This document shows, one piece after another, positions 22,514-32,674 of a stretch of 64,000 nt of DNA. Source of the DNA: Guopingia tenuis (lineage in GTDB: Bacteria > Bacillota > Clostridia > Christensenellales > Christensenellaceae); NCBI RefSeq assembly GCF_014384805.1, contig NZ_JACRSS010000001.1:817037-881036 (forward strand), written 5' to 3'. A program made the translations under genes and the position numbers. Under the pieces are notes generated by a model. The model was not told where the DNA came from and did not search any database. It saw only the letters and a program-made list of their open reading frames with translations. Position 1 is the first letter of the stretch. Every line of letters begins with the position of its first letter.

Positions 22514-23971
22514 ATGCAATTTCTTGCCACGCCGGCGCAGGCCGCGCAGATTGACCGCTATATGATAGAAACGCTGGAGATTCCGGGCCTTCTGCTCATG
22601 GAACAGGCGGCTACGGCCATCTTTCATGAGATCGCCGCGCTCTTTCCGCCCTGCCGTGTGCTTCTGGTCGCTGGCAGCGGCAACAATGGCGGAGATGCCT
22701 GGGCCGCGGCCCGCATTCTCCTGACTCACGGATACGATGTCGCCATCGGGGCGGCCAGCCTGACCCTCCCGCCGGATGCCGACGCCAACATGCGCTATTT
22801 TTCCCATACCAGCCGCATTACCCTGCTCACTCCGGATACATTGGACAGCTTCTTTTCCAGAGATGCCGCCGTCATTGTGGACGGCCTTTTGGGAACTGGC
22901 CTTTCCCGCCCGGCCAGCGGCCTCTATGGAGAGATTATCCGCCGCATCAATGCGCACCCGGCCAAAGTGGTTTCCGTGGACATCCCCTCGGGCATTTCCG
23001 GCGAAACAGGAGCCGGCCAAACGGCAGTAACGGCGGATATCACCGTCACCTTTCAATATGCCAAGCCCGGGCATCTCCTGTTCCCCGGCCGGTCACATAC
23101 CGGGCGGCTGGTGGTTGCCAAAATCGGCCCGGAGGCCGGGCGTCCTCCGCTGCATCTGCAGTGGGCGGATACCTTCTCCCTGCCGCCTCGCGCCGCCGAC
23201 ACCAACAAGGGAACATATGGGCGCCTGGCCATTTTCGCCGGTTCCCGGGGAATGGCGGGTGCAGCCGCCCTGGCGGCCAGGGGTGCCTTGGCCGCCGGCG
23301 CCGGCCTCACCACCGTCTATACCTGCGAATATGTCCAGGATGTGCTCCAGCATACCCTTTCCAGCGTGACAGCCCAGGCCATTGGGGGCAATCCTGCTTA
23401 TATCGCCGCGGAGGGATCGGTTCTGGAAAATTGCCAGGCCCGTGCTTATGCCGCAGGGCCCGGCCTTGGGCAGCATGCCGAAACGCTGCCGCTTCTCCGC
23501 AGCATCGCCCAAAGTTCCCTTCCCAAGGTTCTGGACGCCGACGGCCTGAATCTTTTGGCTGCCGACGGCTCTCTGTCCTTTGGAGCAAATACCGTCCTGA
23601 CCCCGCATCCCAAAGAGTTTTCGCGCCTCAGCGGATGTTCCATGGAGGATATCCTTTCCTCTCCCCTGGACACGGCCGGCGCTTTTGCGAAACAGCATGG
23701 TGTTGTCCTTCTTTTAAAAGGGGCGACCACCATCGTTTCGGACGGAGCGAAGGCCTGCCTGGTCACGGCGGGTGCCCCCTCCATGGCCAAGGGCGGCAGC
23801 GGCGATGTGCTCACCGGGGTGATCGGAGCTCTTCTGGCCCAGGGCCTTTCTCCCTTTATGGCGGCCTATGGGGGCGCCTATCTCTGCGGAAAGGCCGGGG
23901 AAACCGCCGCCGCCCGCAAGGGCGATTATGCCCCCACCGCAGAGGATACGGTCTATTTTCTGGGTCGATAA
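22514..23971 (+). CDS. nnr: Bifunctional NAD(P)H-hydrate repair enzyme Nnr (YjeF-N epimerase plus YjeF-C dehydratase), 485 aa
   Basis: N-terminal LVAGSGNNGGDAWAAAR; C-terminal GTYGRLAIFAGSRGMAGAA and GGSGDVLTG. AAGGAGG RBS. Confidence 0.85.
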   Translation: MQFLATPAQAAQIDRYMIETLEIPGLLLMEQAATAIFHEIAALFPPCRVLLVAGSGNNGGDAWAAARILLTHGYDVAIGAASLTLPPDADANMRYFSHTSRITLLTPDTLDSFFSRDAAVIVDGLLGTGLSRPASGLYGEIIRRINAHPAKVVSVDIPSGISGETGAGQTAVTADITVTFQYAKPGHLLFPGRSHTGRLVVAKIGPEAGRPPLHLQWADTFSLPPRAADTNKGTYGRLAIFAGSRGMAGAAALAARGALAAGAGLTTVYTCEYVQDVLQHTLSSVTAQAIGGNPAYIAAEGSVLENCQARAYAAGPGLGQHAETLPLLRSIAQSSLPKVLDADGLNLLAADGSLSFGANTVLTPHPKEFSRLSGCSMEDILSSPLDTAGAFAKQHGVVLLLKGATTIVSDGAKACLVTAGAPSMAKGGSGDVLTGVIGALLAQGLSPFMAAYGGAYLCGKAGETAAARKGDYAPTAEDTVYFLGR

Positions 23972-23984
23972 TTTATTTTATCAT

Positions 23985-24021
23985 GAGGGTAGTCCTAAAA
24001 ACGGGACAACCCTCTTTTTTT
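23985..24021 (+). terminator. Terminator after nnr
   Basis: GAGGGTAGTCC...GGACAACCCTC followed by TTTTTTT. Confidence 0.4.
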
Positions 24022-24130
24022 GGGAAAAATAACATTCTTGTAAACTTCCTTGTGTTCCTCACGAGGGTTCGTATAATGAAAATAACAAAAACGATCTGGG
24101 GAAGCTCATATATCCAAAAGGAGGTTATTC

Positions 24131-25075
24131 ATGCACAAAAGCTTATATAAGGCCGCGCTCGTTTTTCTTTCTGTTTTTCTGCTCCTCTTTATTGGCCTGT
24201 CTGTTTTTTTCTATACATCTCTCAGAGACCAGATTTCCCAGGAATTTCTTCAGCTTCGGGAGGGGTTATCCGCGCTGAATGCCAACGTTTCCTCCCTCCG
24301 GGATCCCTACAGCAGTTCTCTGTCTCCATCAGGCTTCCAGGAGGAATCCCAGATCTATTCCGATTTCTTTCTCTCCATTCTTTCTCCGCCCAAAGACGGC
24401 CATGCTAACGTCCTTTTGCAGATCCGGCCCAAATCCATCCGCCAGGACGACCATCTATATTTCACCTGGTCAGGCAGCACACCTATGAGGCCGCAAAAGC
24501 TCGAAGCTTCCACCCAGGACGGCATTACCTATTCCTGCCAGGCAAATCTCCCGGTTTCTTCGCCCATCTCCCTTTATCTCTCTTTGGAGCAGGATGGACA
24601 GGTGACAAACGAAATGATTCCATTTTCCAGCAGTACGCTTCTCTCGGAGCTGGCGGGTTCCCTTGCGGCCTATGCGAATTTCCGCTCGGTATCTATTGGA
24701 AATGGCTGTTTCCGATTTACCGGGGATATTACTCTCCAGGACTTCCGCAGGGATTATTTCCTATATCCCTCCTCCTTTAAAAGCAGCGATGTGGTTGTCC
24801 GGCTCAACGGAAAGGAAATAGATCGGTTTCCCATGGCCGTGCAAAAGGACAGGGATCATTCGGATGCCTGTTTAGGCATATCATTCAAGGATCAGGAATG
24901 GGAGGTCAACCCCGGTGCTCTTCTGGAATTCTATTTTGAAGCGGAGGATGAACACGGCCTGCATTACAGTCAAATGATCGAATCCTATATGGCCCCGTCC
25001 CATGGTGTGGCGGAGGATTCCATGGATTATTCTCCCGTCCCTTATGCCTATGCCGGCTATATGGAGATTTCGTGA
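24131..25075 (+). CDS. Membrane-anchored hypothetical protein, 314 aa
   Basis: N-terminal TM (ALVFLSVFLLLFIGLSVFFY) followed by an extracytoplasmic domain with no recognisable motifs. Confidence 0.5.
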   Translation: MHKSLYKAALVFLSVFLLLFIGLSVFFYTSLRDQISQEFLQLREGLSALNANVSSLRDPYSSSLSPSGFQEESQIYSDFFLSILSPPKDGHANVLLQIRPKSIRQDDHLYFTWSGSTPMRPQKLEASTQDGITYSCQANLPVSSPISLYLSLEQDGQVTNEMIPFSSSTLLSELAGSLAAYANFRSVSIGNGCFRFTGDITLQDFRRDYFLYPSSFKSSDVVVRLNGKEIDRFPMAVQKDRDHSDACLGISFKDQEWEVNPGALLEFYFEAEDEHGLHYSQMIESYMAPSHGVAEDSMDYSPVPYAYAGYMEIS

Positions 25076-25101
25076 CGCATAGACGCATATCTGTCTATTC
25101 T

Positions 25102-25131
25102 AAAAAAACGCAGCGTTTGCTGCGTTTTTTT
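25102..25131. terminator. Bidirectional terminator
   Basis: ACGCAGC-GTTT-GCTGCGT with flanking A-run and T-run. Confidence 0.5.
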
Positions 25132-25205
25132 ATTTTCGTCAAATTTCCATACATACTCTTTCTTATGCAGAGCACAGGAAAGTTTTTCTCTGTTCTGTTG
25201 GATTC

Positions 25206-26156
25206 CTATACTACGATAAAATCCGGCGTCTCTCCTGCCAGCTGTTTTACAACATTCTTGGCACACACCACGCTTACGGCGTTAATCGCCTCAAAGGAAT
25301 ACATTCCAATATGGGGCGTGATGACCACGTTATCCAGCGTGAGCAGAGGGTTATCCGCCTCGATGGGCTCGCTCGCCGTCACGTCCAACGCCGCGCCGCC
25401 CAGATGGCCGCTCTTGACGGCTTCATAGAGATCGGCTTCGTTGACGATGCCGCCCCGGCCGGTGTTGATGAGATAGGCTCCTTCCTTCATGCGCCCCATG
25501 CTCTCTTTATTGAACATATCCCGGGTTTCCTCGGTAAGCGGCACATGGATGGAGACAAAGTCGCCGTTTTCAATGACTTCATCAAGCGTTCCCAGGCGGA
25601 CATATTCCTTAAATTCCTCGGGAATCTCCTTGACATAGGGATCATAAGCGATGACGTCCATAGAGAACCCATGGGCCCGGCGGGCCACATTTTTGGCAAT
25701 GTTACCGAACCCGATGAGGCCCAGCGTCTTATGATACATATCCTTGCCGATATAGGTTTTCCATTGGCCGGATTTCACATTGGCGCTGCAAAGGGATACC
25801 CCGCGGCAGACATTGAGCATGTGGGCCACGGCCAGATCCGCCACGGCGTTGGCGTTCATGGCCGGAACATTGGTCACTCTTACGCCTTGGGCCTTGGCTT
25901 CATCCAGATAGATATTATCCAGCCCTGCGCCATGCTTGCAGATGATCTGGAGCTTTTCGCATTTCGCCATATCCTCGGGATAGAACTTGTGAGCGCCGAT
26001 GATGAGGGCGTCATATTCCACAACAGCCGCTTTAAATTTTTCCTCATCAAAATCCGCACCCATGAGGGTCACTTCCAGCCCCGCTTCTTTCAGAATATTC
26101 AGGGGTTCGTCGCTGACCTTTCCAAAGGAACGGGAGGTTACAAGAACTTTCTTCAT
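25206..26156 (-). CDS. D-isomer-specific 2-hydroxyacid dehydrogenase (SerA/GyaR-like), 316 aa
   Basis: NAD-binding GLIGFGNIAKNVA and the catalytic R...E...H triad region. Confidence 0.85.
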   Translation of the reverse strand: MKKVLVTSRSFGKVSDEPLNILKEAGLEVTLMGADFDEEKFKAAVVEYDALIIGAHKFYPEDMAKCEKLQIICKHGAGLDNIYLDEAKAQGVRVTNVPAMNANAVADLAVAHMLNVCRGVSLCSANVKSGQWKTYIGKDMYHKTLGLIGFGNIAKNVARRAHGFSMDVIAYDPYVKEIPEEFKEYVRLGTLDEVIENGDFVSIHVPLTEETRDMFNKESMGRMKEGAYLINTGRGGIVNEADLYEAVKSGHLGGAALDVTASEPIEADNPLLTLDNVVITPHIGMYSFEAINAVSVVCAKNVVKQLAGETPDFIVV

Positions 26157-26171
26157 GTGTCCTGCCTCCGC

Positions 26172-26807
26172 TCAGATCTTATATTCGCTGGCCAGGCGGG
26201 TAATCTCTGCGAAATTGCCCTCTTCGATCAGCTTCTTGTTCACCAGGTTGCCACCGACGCCAACGCCGATAGCGCCCGCTTTAAGGAAATCGCCCACGTT
26301 CTTCTCGTTGACGCCGCCAACCGCCGTGAAGGGGATGTGGTTCAAGGGAGCGGTCAGTGCCTTGACATAGCCGGTTCCCAAAGCGCCCGCCGGGAAAAGC
26401 TTGACGATATCCGCACCCGCCTCATAGGCCGTAACCGCCTCGGAGGGAGTCGCCGCGCCGGGGATGGAAACCAGTCCCAGCTCCTTGGTCTTCTTGATGA
26501 CGTCCACATTGGTGTTGGGGGAAATCATATAGGCTGCGCCGGCCTCCGCCGCGTCGATGACGTTCTGCACGGTCATCACCGTGCCCGCGCCCACGGCTAC
26601 TTCATCGCCAAAATGCTCCTTAATCATGCGGATGCACTTCAGCGTATCCTTGGACGCCTCAGCGTCCTTCTGGTTGAAAGTGACTTCCATGCACTTGATG
26701 CCGCCGTCCTTCAGCGCCTGCACGGTGTTGATGATGTCCTTGGAAGAGATGCCGCGGATGATGGCGATAATCTTGCTCTCCTTGATGGTTTCGAGAATGC
26801 TGCTCAT
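26172..26807 (-). CDS. eda: 2-dehydro-3-deoxy-phosphogluconate/phosphogalactonate aldolase (Eda/DgoA family), 211 aa
   Basis: IIAIIRG..., MEVTF, the VGAGTV Schiff-base lysine region, and KLFPA. Confidence 0.85.
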   Translation of the reverse strand: MSSILETIKESKIIAIIRGISSKDIINTVQALKDGGIKCMEVTFNQKDAEASKDTLKCIRMIKEHFGDEVAVGAGTVMTVQNVIDAAEAGAAYMISPNTNVDVIKKTKELGLVSIPGAATPSEAVTAYEAGADIVKLFPAGALGTGYVKALTAPLNHIPFTAVGGVNEKNVGDFLKAGAIGVGVGGNLVNKKLIEEGNFAEITRLASEYKI

Positions 26808-26865
26808 ACTTTGTTTACTCCTTTAAAATTTTTTACTTCTGGGCATATCGCCCTGTTTTTCTCAT

Positions 26866-27630
26866 TTACCGGGCCAGATAGCCGCCGTCTACCGGGATGA
26901 CAACGCCGTCGATATAATCGCTTGCCGGGCTGGCCAGGAACACAATCGCGCCCTTCACGTCATCGCCTGTGCCCCAGCGGTGGGCCGGAATGCGGGCCAG
27001 AATCTCATTGTTGCGGACCGGATCGTTAACCAGGTTGACGTTCATCTGGGTATCCATATATCCGGGAGCGATGCAGTTGACGTTGATGCCCTTGCCCGCC
27101 CATTCGTTGGAGAATGCCTTGGATACCTGCGCCACGCCGCCCTTGGAGGCCGCATAGGCCGGAACCGTATAGCCGCCGAAGAAGGTCAGCATGGACGCGA
27201 TGTTGATGATCTTGCCATATCCCACTTTGAGCATTTCCCGGCCGGCCAGCTGAGTGAACTCGAAGACGGCCGTCAGGTTGATTTCAATGACAGCGTCCCA
27301 GTCCTCGATGGGGAATTCCTCGCAGGGATGCCGCCGCTGGATCCCCGCCGCGTTGACCATGATATCGATTTTGCCGCCCAGCTTTTGGAGGGCTTCGGCA
27401 AAGGCGCGCTTCACGTCCTCCCGGTCAGCTACGTTCACCTTGACCGACGACACTGGGAAACCCTGGGCGCGGTAATTGGCGGCAATCTCCTCCGCCTTGT
27501 CCGAGAGGTCAAGAATAACTACCTCCGCGCCGGACTGCACCAGCCCGTCTACCATGCCCTGCCCCAGGTCGCCGGCGCCGCCGGTCACCATGGCCTTTTT
27601 GCCTGTCAGATCAAATATGTCCTTATACAT
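26866..27630 (-). CDS. SDR oxidoreductase resembling 2-dehydro-3-deoxy-D-gluconate 5-dehydrogenase (KduD-like), 254 aa
   Basis: TGGAGDLG, NAAG, YAASKGG, IAPGYMDT. Confidence 0.75.
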   Translation of the reverse strand: MYKDIFDLTGKKAMVTGGAGDLGQGMVDGLVQSGAEVVILDLSDKAEEIAANYRAQGFPVSSVKVNVADREDVKRAFAEALQKLGGKIDIMVNAAGIQRRHPCEEFPIEDWDAVIEINLTAVFEFTQLAGREMLKVGYGKIINIASMLTFFGGYTVPAYAASKGGVAQVSKAFSNEWAGKGINVNCIAPGYMDTQMNVNLVNDPVRNNEILARIPAHRWGTGDDVKGAIVFLASPASDYIDGVVIPVDGGYLAR

Positions 27631-27655
27631 GTTTCCTTTTCCTTCCTTTCCCTTT

Positions 27656-28642
27656 CTAACGTTTTCTTATCAATTCCAAAAACCCAGCCAGGGCAAAGCT
27701 TCTGCCCCCTGCGTTTTTTTTCAGCTCCGCCGGGACGCCCAGCTCCCGTTCCATGAGGATTTTATAGGAGGCGATATACGGCTTATCCCCGAGAATATAA
27801 ACCCGCTCGAGATCGCTCCATTCCCCTTTCTGCTTCTTTCCCACCAATTCCGCCACGCCGCCGGAAATCACTCCCGCCAGCATCTGGCTGCGAACCGCAT
27901 CCGGGCACACCTCAAACACCTTGGAGGCATGGAGGATATACAGCGCCCGGACCATGCCGTATTCCTTCAAATAGCCATAGCCCCGCAGGACGTTTTCTTC
28001 CTCCATGGCAACATCGCCGTGAAAGAGCTCCCCGGAAAGAATGGTATCCTTGCCGATGGCAAAATTCAGCTCACCCGTAAAACAGGAGAGAATATCGCAG
28101 AATTTCCCATTCCGCACATAGCATACATGGGTGTGAGACCCAGGCGCGACCACGGCAAAGGCCCCGGTCTGCGGCGCGCCGCCGCTCCCCATCAGCCCGA
28201 TGATCTCAATTTCCTCTCCCCGGACATTGCCCACGCCGGGAAGATTGGAAAAATCGATGGCCGCATCCGGCGCCGTCGTCTTTGCCCCGCGGACAAGATG
28301 CAGCTCCCGGCCAAAGAATTTTTCTTCCTTATAGACACACGCCTGCTCTGCCAACGCCCTGGCGTCCACCGGCAGAGACATATGGGGCGCTTCATGGACG
28401 CCGAACCCATTGGTCACCATGCCGGACATCCAGATTTCCCCCACGTCGCCGTCGGTCAGGCCCTGGGCCTCCAGCAGACCGTCATAGAGCTTTTTCATCC
28501 TACTCACCAGCACGGCATTGTCTCCGGCGATGGCGGAATCCTTGGTCCCTACCGGCGCCTTGGCCTCCGCCAGCAGAGCGCCGTCCCTGAGAAGATAGGC
28601 CCGGGTGTTGGAAGTTCCCGAGTCCATATACACATACACCAT
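27656..28642 (-). CDS. Sugar-acid kinase resembling 2-dehydro-3-deoxygalactonokinase (DgoK-like), 328 aa
   Basis: N-terminal VYMDSGTSNTRAYL (compare DgoK IDWGT.N.R). Size fits and it lies in an operon with the aldolase. Confidence 0.6.
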   Translation of the reverse strand: MVYVYMDSGTSNTRAYLLRDGALLAEAKAPVGTKDSAIAGDNAVLVSRMKKLYDGLLEAQGLTDGDVGEIWMSGMVTNGFGVHEAPHMSLPVDARALAEQACVYKEEKFFGRELHLVRGAKTTAPDAAIDFSNLPGVGNVRGEEIEIIGLMGSGGAPQTGAFAVVAPGSHTHVCYVRNGKFCDILSCFTGELNFAIGKDTILSGELFHGDVAMEEENVLRGYGYLKEYGMVRALYILHASKVFEVCPDAVRSQMLAGVISGGVAELVGKKQKGEWSDLERVYILGDKPYIASYKILMERELGVPAELKKNAGGRSFALAGFLELIRKR

Positions 28643-28654
28643 TTTTCTTTCCTC

Positions 28655-29308
28655 TTATAAAGCGTCTTCATGCGCCTCCCGGCGCCCTTTTTCGATATGA
28701 TCCCGCATGAGCTGTTCGGCCCGGTCCGCATCCATGGCCAAAACCGCGTCCAGAATCTGATTGTGATACCATACGCCGTTCTGCACCCGCTCATCAATCT
28801 GGCTGGTCATCTGCAAAAACACCCGCATCTGGTTGCGGATATCCGCAAAAATCCGGTCGATGCGCCGGTTCCCCAGCAGGCGGATCAGGCTGTCGTGAAA
28901 ATATTCGTCGGCCTTGATGCAGTCCTCCCCCACATATTCGTTGGTGTTTTTCCGAATCTCCAGGATCTTTTCCCGGCAGCCATCGGGATCGGCCTTCATG
29001 CATTTTTCCACCACCTGGCGAACCCCCTGGGTCTCCAGAATGACGCGGATATCATAAAGCTCGTCGATATCCCGGGCCCCCACTTCCAAAACATAAAAGC
29101 CCCGTTTTCCTTTGTTTTCCACAAGCCCTTCGCGGACAAGCATAAAAATAGCATCCCGCACAGGCGTGCGGCTAATGCCAAATCTATCTGCCAGCTGGCT
29201 GTCCACCAGACGCTCCCCCTGAGGGATGCGGTGCTGCAGAATCTCTTTTTTCAAAAGATTGTATACCTGCATATTGAGCATATCTGTTTTGAGCACCATC
29301 TCGCGCAT
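28655..29308 (-). CDS. GntR-family transcriptional regulator with an FCD-type C-terminal domain, 217 aa
   Basis: Winged-HTH motif LVDSQLADRFGISRTPVRDAIFMLVREGLV. Confidence 0.85.
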   Translation of the reverse strand: MREMVLKTDMLNMQVYNLLKKEILQHRIPQGERLVDSQLADRFGISRTPVRDAIFMLVREGLVENKGKRGFYVLEVGARDIDELYDIRVILETQGVRQVVEKCMKADPDGCREKILEIRKNTNEYVGEDCIKADEYFHDSLIRLLGNRRIDRIFADIRNQMRVFLQMTSQIDERVQNGVWYHNQILDAVLAMDADRAEQLMRDHIEKGRREAHEDAL

Positions 29309-29558
29309 GGGAAAACCTCGCTTTTCGCTATTCGGTATATCGTATACGATATATTGTATATTCATTATAGCATATGGGCTCCGCCTGTCAATGCTTTTTT
29401 TCTTTTCTCTCTTCTTCTCAATTTTCCCTGTGGACGCGGCGAAAAATAGCGATTATAATGAAAATATGTAAAAACCTTTTTCCCCACTAAGGTTTTTCCC
29501 GGTATGCCCATCGGCATATATATAATCCGAACAAATTATGGCATAGGAGAAAGTGTGC

Positions 29559-30581
29559 ATGAAAAAACGAAATCATCTTAGGTACATTGCTTTCGCCCTG
29601 CTTTTCACCCTCCTTCTCGGCCTGGGGCTGACCCCGGCTGCGGCTGCGGGCCGCAGCGGAGAAGGCGTCCGCCCGGTAGACGTCGGCAATTTCAACGATT
29701 ACGACAGCGGCGGCAGCAGCGACTGGGGGGGCGGCAGCGATTGGAGCAGCAGCGACTGGGGCAGCAGCAGCGGCAGCGATTGGGACTGGACGGATGACAG
29801 CTCGGGCTGGGGCGGATTTTTTCTTCCCCTGGGCGTGGTTGTCGTCGCCATCATCTTAATCGCAGTGTTCGGCAAGAAAAAAGGCGGCGGCAGGCCCTCT
29901 GCCAATATGGGGGGCGTTCCCATGGTGGCAGACAACACCCAGCGGATCCTGGACGCTATCCTTCCCGTCGATCCCCTGTTCAGCAAGGACAAATTCCTGG
30001 CCTGGGCCAAGGAAGTCTTTATCACGCTGCAAAATGCCTGGACAGCCCGGGACTGGTCGAAAATCCGGCCCTTTGAAAAGGAAGAGCTTTTCCGCCAGCA
30101 TGAGATGCAGCTTCAGGAATATATCAAGGCCGGCCGCATCAATGTGATGGAGCGCATCAACATCAATGAAGCCTATCTTCATAAATATGAACGGTTCCCG
30201 GAATATGAATATATGACCGTCTATATGAAGACGCGGATGGTGGATTATATCATCGATGAAAAGACCAAAAAAGTCTTAAAAGGCGACCCCAACCGGGATT
30301 GCCATATGGCCTATCTTCTGACCTTCATGCGGGGTACCGGCGTCAAAACAGATCCCGCCACCAGCAATAAATCCACGGTGGCCTGCCCGCACTGCGGCGC
30401 GCCCACGGAGATCACCAGCGCTGGAAAATGTGAATACTGCGGCCATATCATCACCACTGGCGAATTTGACTGGGTGCTTTGCAACATGCAGGCCGTAAAG
30501 CCCGGGGTTCCCATCGATAATTCCGGCGTAACCATTCAGGATGGGCAGCCGGGCGGCGATGACTCCGCTCCCAATGCCTAA
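29559..30581 (+). CDS. Membrane protein with a signal/TM segment, a (S/G/D/W)-rich low-complexity region, a second TM, a domain tentatively assigned as Tim44-like, and a C-terminal zinc ribbon, 340 aa
   Basis: RBS AGGAGA. SDWG repeats. CPHCGAP...CEYCG zinc ribbon. Gene 1 of the three-gene zinc-ribbon cluster. Confidence 0.6.
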   Translation: MKKRNHLRYIAFALLFTLLLGLGLTPAAAAGRSGEGVRPVDVGNFNDYDSGGSSDWGGGSDWSSSDWGSSSGSDWDWTDDSSGWGGFFLPLGVVVVAIILIAVFGKKKGGGRPSANMGGVPMVADNTQRILDAILPVDPLFSKDKFLAWAKEVFITLQNAWTARDWSKIRPFEKEELFRQHEMQLQEYIKAGRINVMERININEAYLHKYERFPEYEYMTVYMKTRMVDYIIDEKTKKVLKGDPNRDCHMAYLLTFMRGTGVKTDPATSNKSTVACPHCGAPTEITSAGKCEYCGHIITTGEFDWVLCNMQAVKPGVPIDNSGVTIQDGQPGGDDSAPNA

Positions 30582-30596
30582 GGCGGGGCGGTGCGC

Positions 30597-31313
30597 ATGA
30601 GTCCGGTTCTCATCATCCTCCTTTTCGCCGGGGCGGTTCTCCTGTTCGTCTTGTATATCATCCTGCGGGCCAAGGTGCAGCAGATTTCCCTGCGCGCCTT
30701 TGGAACCCGGGATATTCAGGAAGGGCTCTCCCAGGCTGAGCGCGAGGCAAATGATACCCCCCGCTCGGTTTCCGGAGGCGACGCTCTCTATCTCCCCCAG
30801 ATTCTCCGGGATTTTCCGGAGTTCAACCGGGAACTGGCGGTTTCCCAGATAGAAACCTGCCTGCGGGACGTCTTTTCAGGGATCGAGACCGGGCAGGCGG
30901 CGGAAAAGCCTCTATACGGCCCGGCGGTTCTTTCCTTTGTCCGGGACCGTATCGATGACCTGGCGGCAGAGGGAAACGAGGTGCATTTTAGCGGCCTTTG
31001 CTTCCATCGCACCGCCATCAGCCGGTATCTGCCAATGGGATACGACCGCACCATTCGCTTTCAGTCCGCCTTTGAGGTTTTCCGGAGCGAAAACGGCGGC
31101 CCGGCCCGGAAACAGCAGGAAAAATACCAGCTGGACTATACCTACACGCTCAGGGAGGACGGCGGCGCCGCGGCGCAGGTTTCTCTGCGCTGCCCGCATT
31201 GCGGCGCTCCGGTGAGCAAGATCGGCGAAAAGATCTGCCCCTATTGCGGGAACGGGGTTGTTTCTCCCCTCTCCCAGACCTGGCGGATCACAAATATACA
31301 GCCTTGCAAATAG
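30597..31313 (+). CDS. N-terminal TM protein with a domain tentatively assigned as Tim44-like and a C-terminal zinc ribbon (CPHCGAP...CPYCG), 238 aa; paralog of the upstream gene
   Basis: RBS AAGGCGGGG 8 nt before the ATG at 30597. The ORF-track start at 30591 is a GTG. Confidence 0.55.
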   Translation: MSPVLIILLFAGAVLLFVLYIILRAKVQQISLRAFGTRDIQEGLSQAEREANDTPRSVSGGDALYLPQILRDFPEFNRELAVSQIETCLRDVFSGIETGQAAEKPLYGPAVLSFVRDRIDDLAAEGNEVHFSGLCFHRTAISRYLPMGYDRTIRFQSAFEVFRSENGGPARKQQEKYQLDYTYTLREDGGAAAQVSLRCPHCGAPVSKIGEKICPYCGNGVVSPLSQTWRITNIQPCK

Positions 31314-31342
31314 CTGAATAGAAAAAAGAAAGGAAGAATCTC

Positions 31343-32659
31343 ATGGGTTTAATCAAAGCTGGCCTCTCCGCGATTCGCGGCGAACTGGCCGATCAATGGA
31401 AAGAGTACATCTACTGTGATTCCATGGACGCCAACGTCCTCGTGGAAAAAGGCGCTGTCCGCATCGTTGCCGGCAGCTCCAACACCAAGCGCAACGACAA
31501 CATCATCACCGACGGTTCAAAAATCGCCGTCAACGAAGGGCAGTGTATGCTCATCGTGGAAAACGGCAAAATCGTGGACTTTTCCGCCGAGCCGGGCGCC
31601 TTTATCTATCGGACGGGCACCGAGCCTTCCCTGTTCGACAGCGGCTGGAAGGGCCTCAAAGAGAGCTTTAAAAAGGTCGGCAAGCGGTTCACCTTCGGCG
31701 GCCAGATCGAGAACGATCAGCGGGTCTATTATGTAAATCTGAAGGAAATCCCCAACAATAAGGTGGGTGTGGGCGACGTGCCTTTCCGGGACAGCGAATT
31801 CGGCTTCACCATCATGCTCAAGGGCTATGGCACCTATTCCTATCGCATCACCGACCCCATCATGTTCTATACCAACGTCTGCGGCAATGTCACCGATACC
31901 TATACCCGTGACCGGATTGACGAGCAGCTGAAAACCGAGGTGCAGCACAATCTGCAGCCGGCTCTGGGAAAGATCGCCCTCAAAGGCATCGCTTACGACC
32001 AGCTTCCCCTCTATACCAACGAAATCGCCGACGAGCTGAATAAGGAGCTGACGCAGGAATGGGTGGAGCTTCGGGGAATCTCTGTCGTTTCCGTCGCCCT
32101 GGCTTCCATTACGCCGGATGCCGAGAGCGCCAAGAAGATCTCGGAATTCCAGGAATCCCGGGTGTATACCAATGCCCAGATGATGGGCGCCCGTCTGGGA
32201 ACCGCGCAGGCGACAGCCATGGAAAATGCCTCCAAAAATTCCGCAGGCGCCATGACTGGCTTCCTTGGCATGGGCTTTGCCCAGCAGGCAGGCGGCATGA
32301 ATGCCGGCGAGCTTTATAAAATGGGGCAGCAGGGCGGCCCGGGCGGCGCTCCTTCCGGCGGCGGAGCCGCTCCGGCAGCGAACACCTGGAAATGTGCCTG
32401 CGGTGCCGCCAACACGGGCAAGTTCTGTTCGGAATGCGGCGCACCCCGCCCGGCAGAGCAGGCGGGCTGGAAATGCGAAAAGTGCGGCGCGGTAAACAAG
32501 GGCAAATTCTGCTCGGAATGCGGCGCGAAAAAGCCGACGGGCGAGCTGCTCTATAAGTGCGATAAATGCGGCTGGGAGCCGGAAGACCCGGCGCATCCGC
32601 CGAAATTCTGCCCGGAATGCGGCGATCCCTTCAATGCGGATGACGCCACTTCCAAATAA
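31343..32659 (+). CDS. SPFH/band-7 (flotillin/stomatin-like) domain protein with four C-terminal zinc-ribbon repeats, 438 aa
   Basis: SPFH-like N-terminal two-thirds. C-terminal WKCACGAANTGKFCSECGA, WKCEKCGAVNKGKFCSECGA, YKCDKCGW...KFCPECG. The architecture matches SPFH proteins like B. subtilis YdjI. Confidence 0.7.
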   Translation: MGLIKAGLSAIRGELADQWKEYIYCDSMDANVLVEKGAVRIVAGSSNTKRNDNIITDGSKIAVNEGQCMLIVENGKIVDFSAEPGAFIYRTGTEPSLFDSGWKGLKESFKKVGKRFTFGGQIENDQRVYYVNLKEIPNNKVGVGDVPFRDSEFGFTIMLKGYGTYSYRITDPIMFYTNVCGNVTDTYTRDRIDEQLKTEVQHNLQPALGKIALKGIAYDQLPLYTNEIADELNKELTQEWVELRGISVVSVALASITPDAESAKKISEFQESRVYTNAQMMGARLGTAQATAMENASKNSAGAMTGFLGMGFAQQAGGMNAGELYKMGQQGGPGGAPSGGGAAPAANTWKCACGAANTGKFCSECGAPRPAEQAGWKCEKCGAVNKGKFCSECGAKKPTGELLYKCDKCGWEPEDPAHPPKFCPECGDPFNADDATSK

Positions 32660-32674
32660 TCTATCTGCATAGTC

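Noticed and set aside
25311-26900. 529-aa plus-strand ORF spanning the antisense of the 2-hydroxyacid dehydrogenase and eda
   Set aside because: It overlaps two well-supported genes. It is a low-complexity Arg/Gly/His-rich antisense frame.
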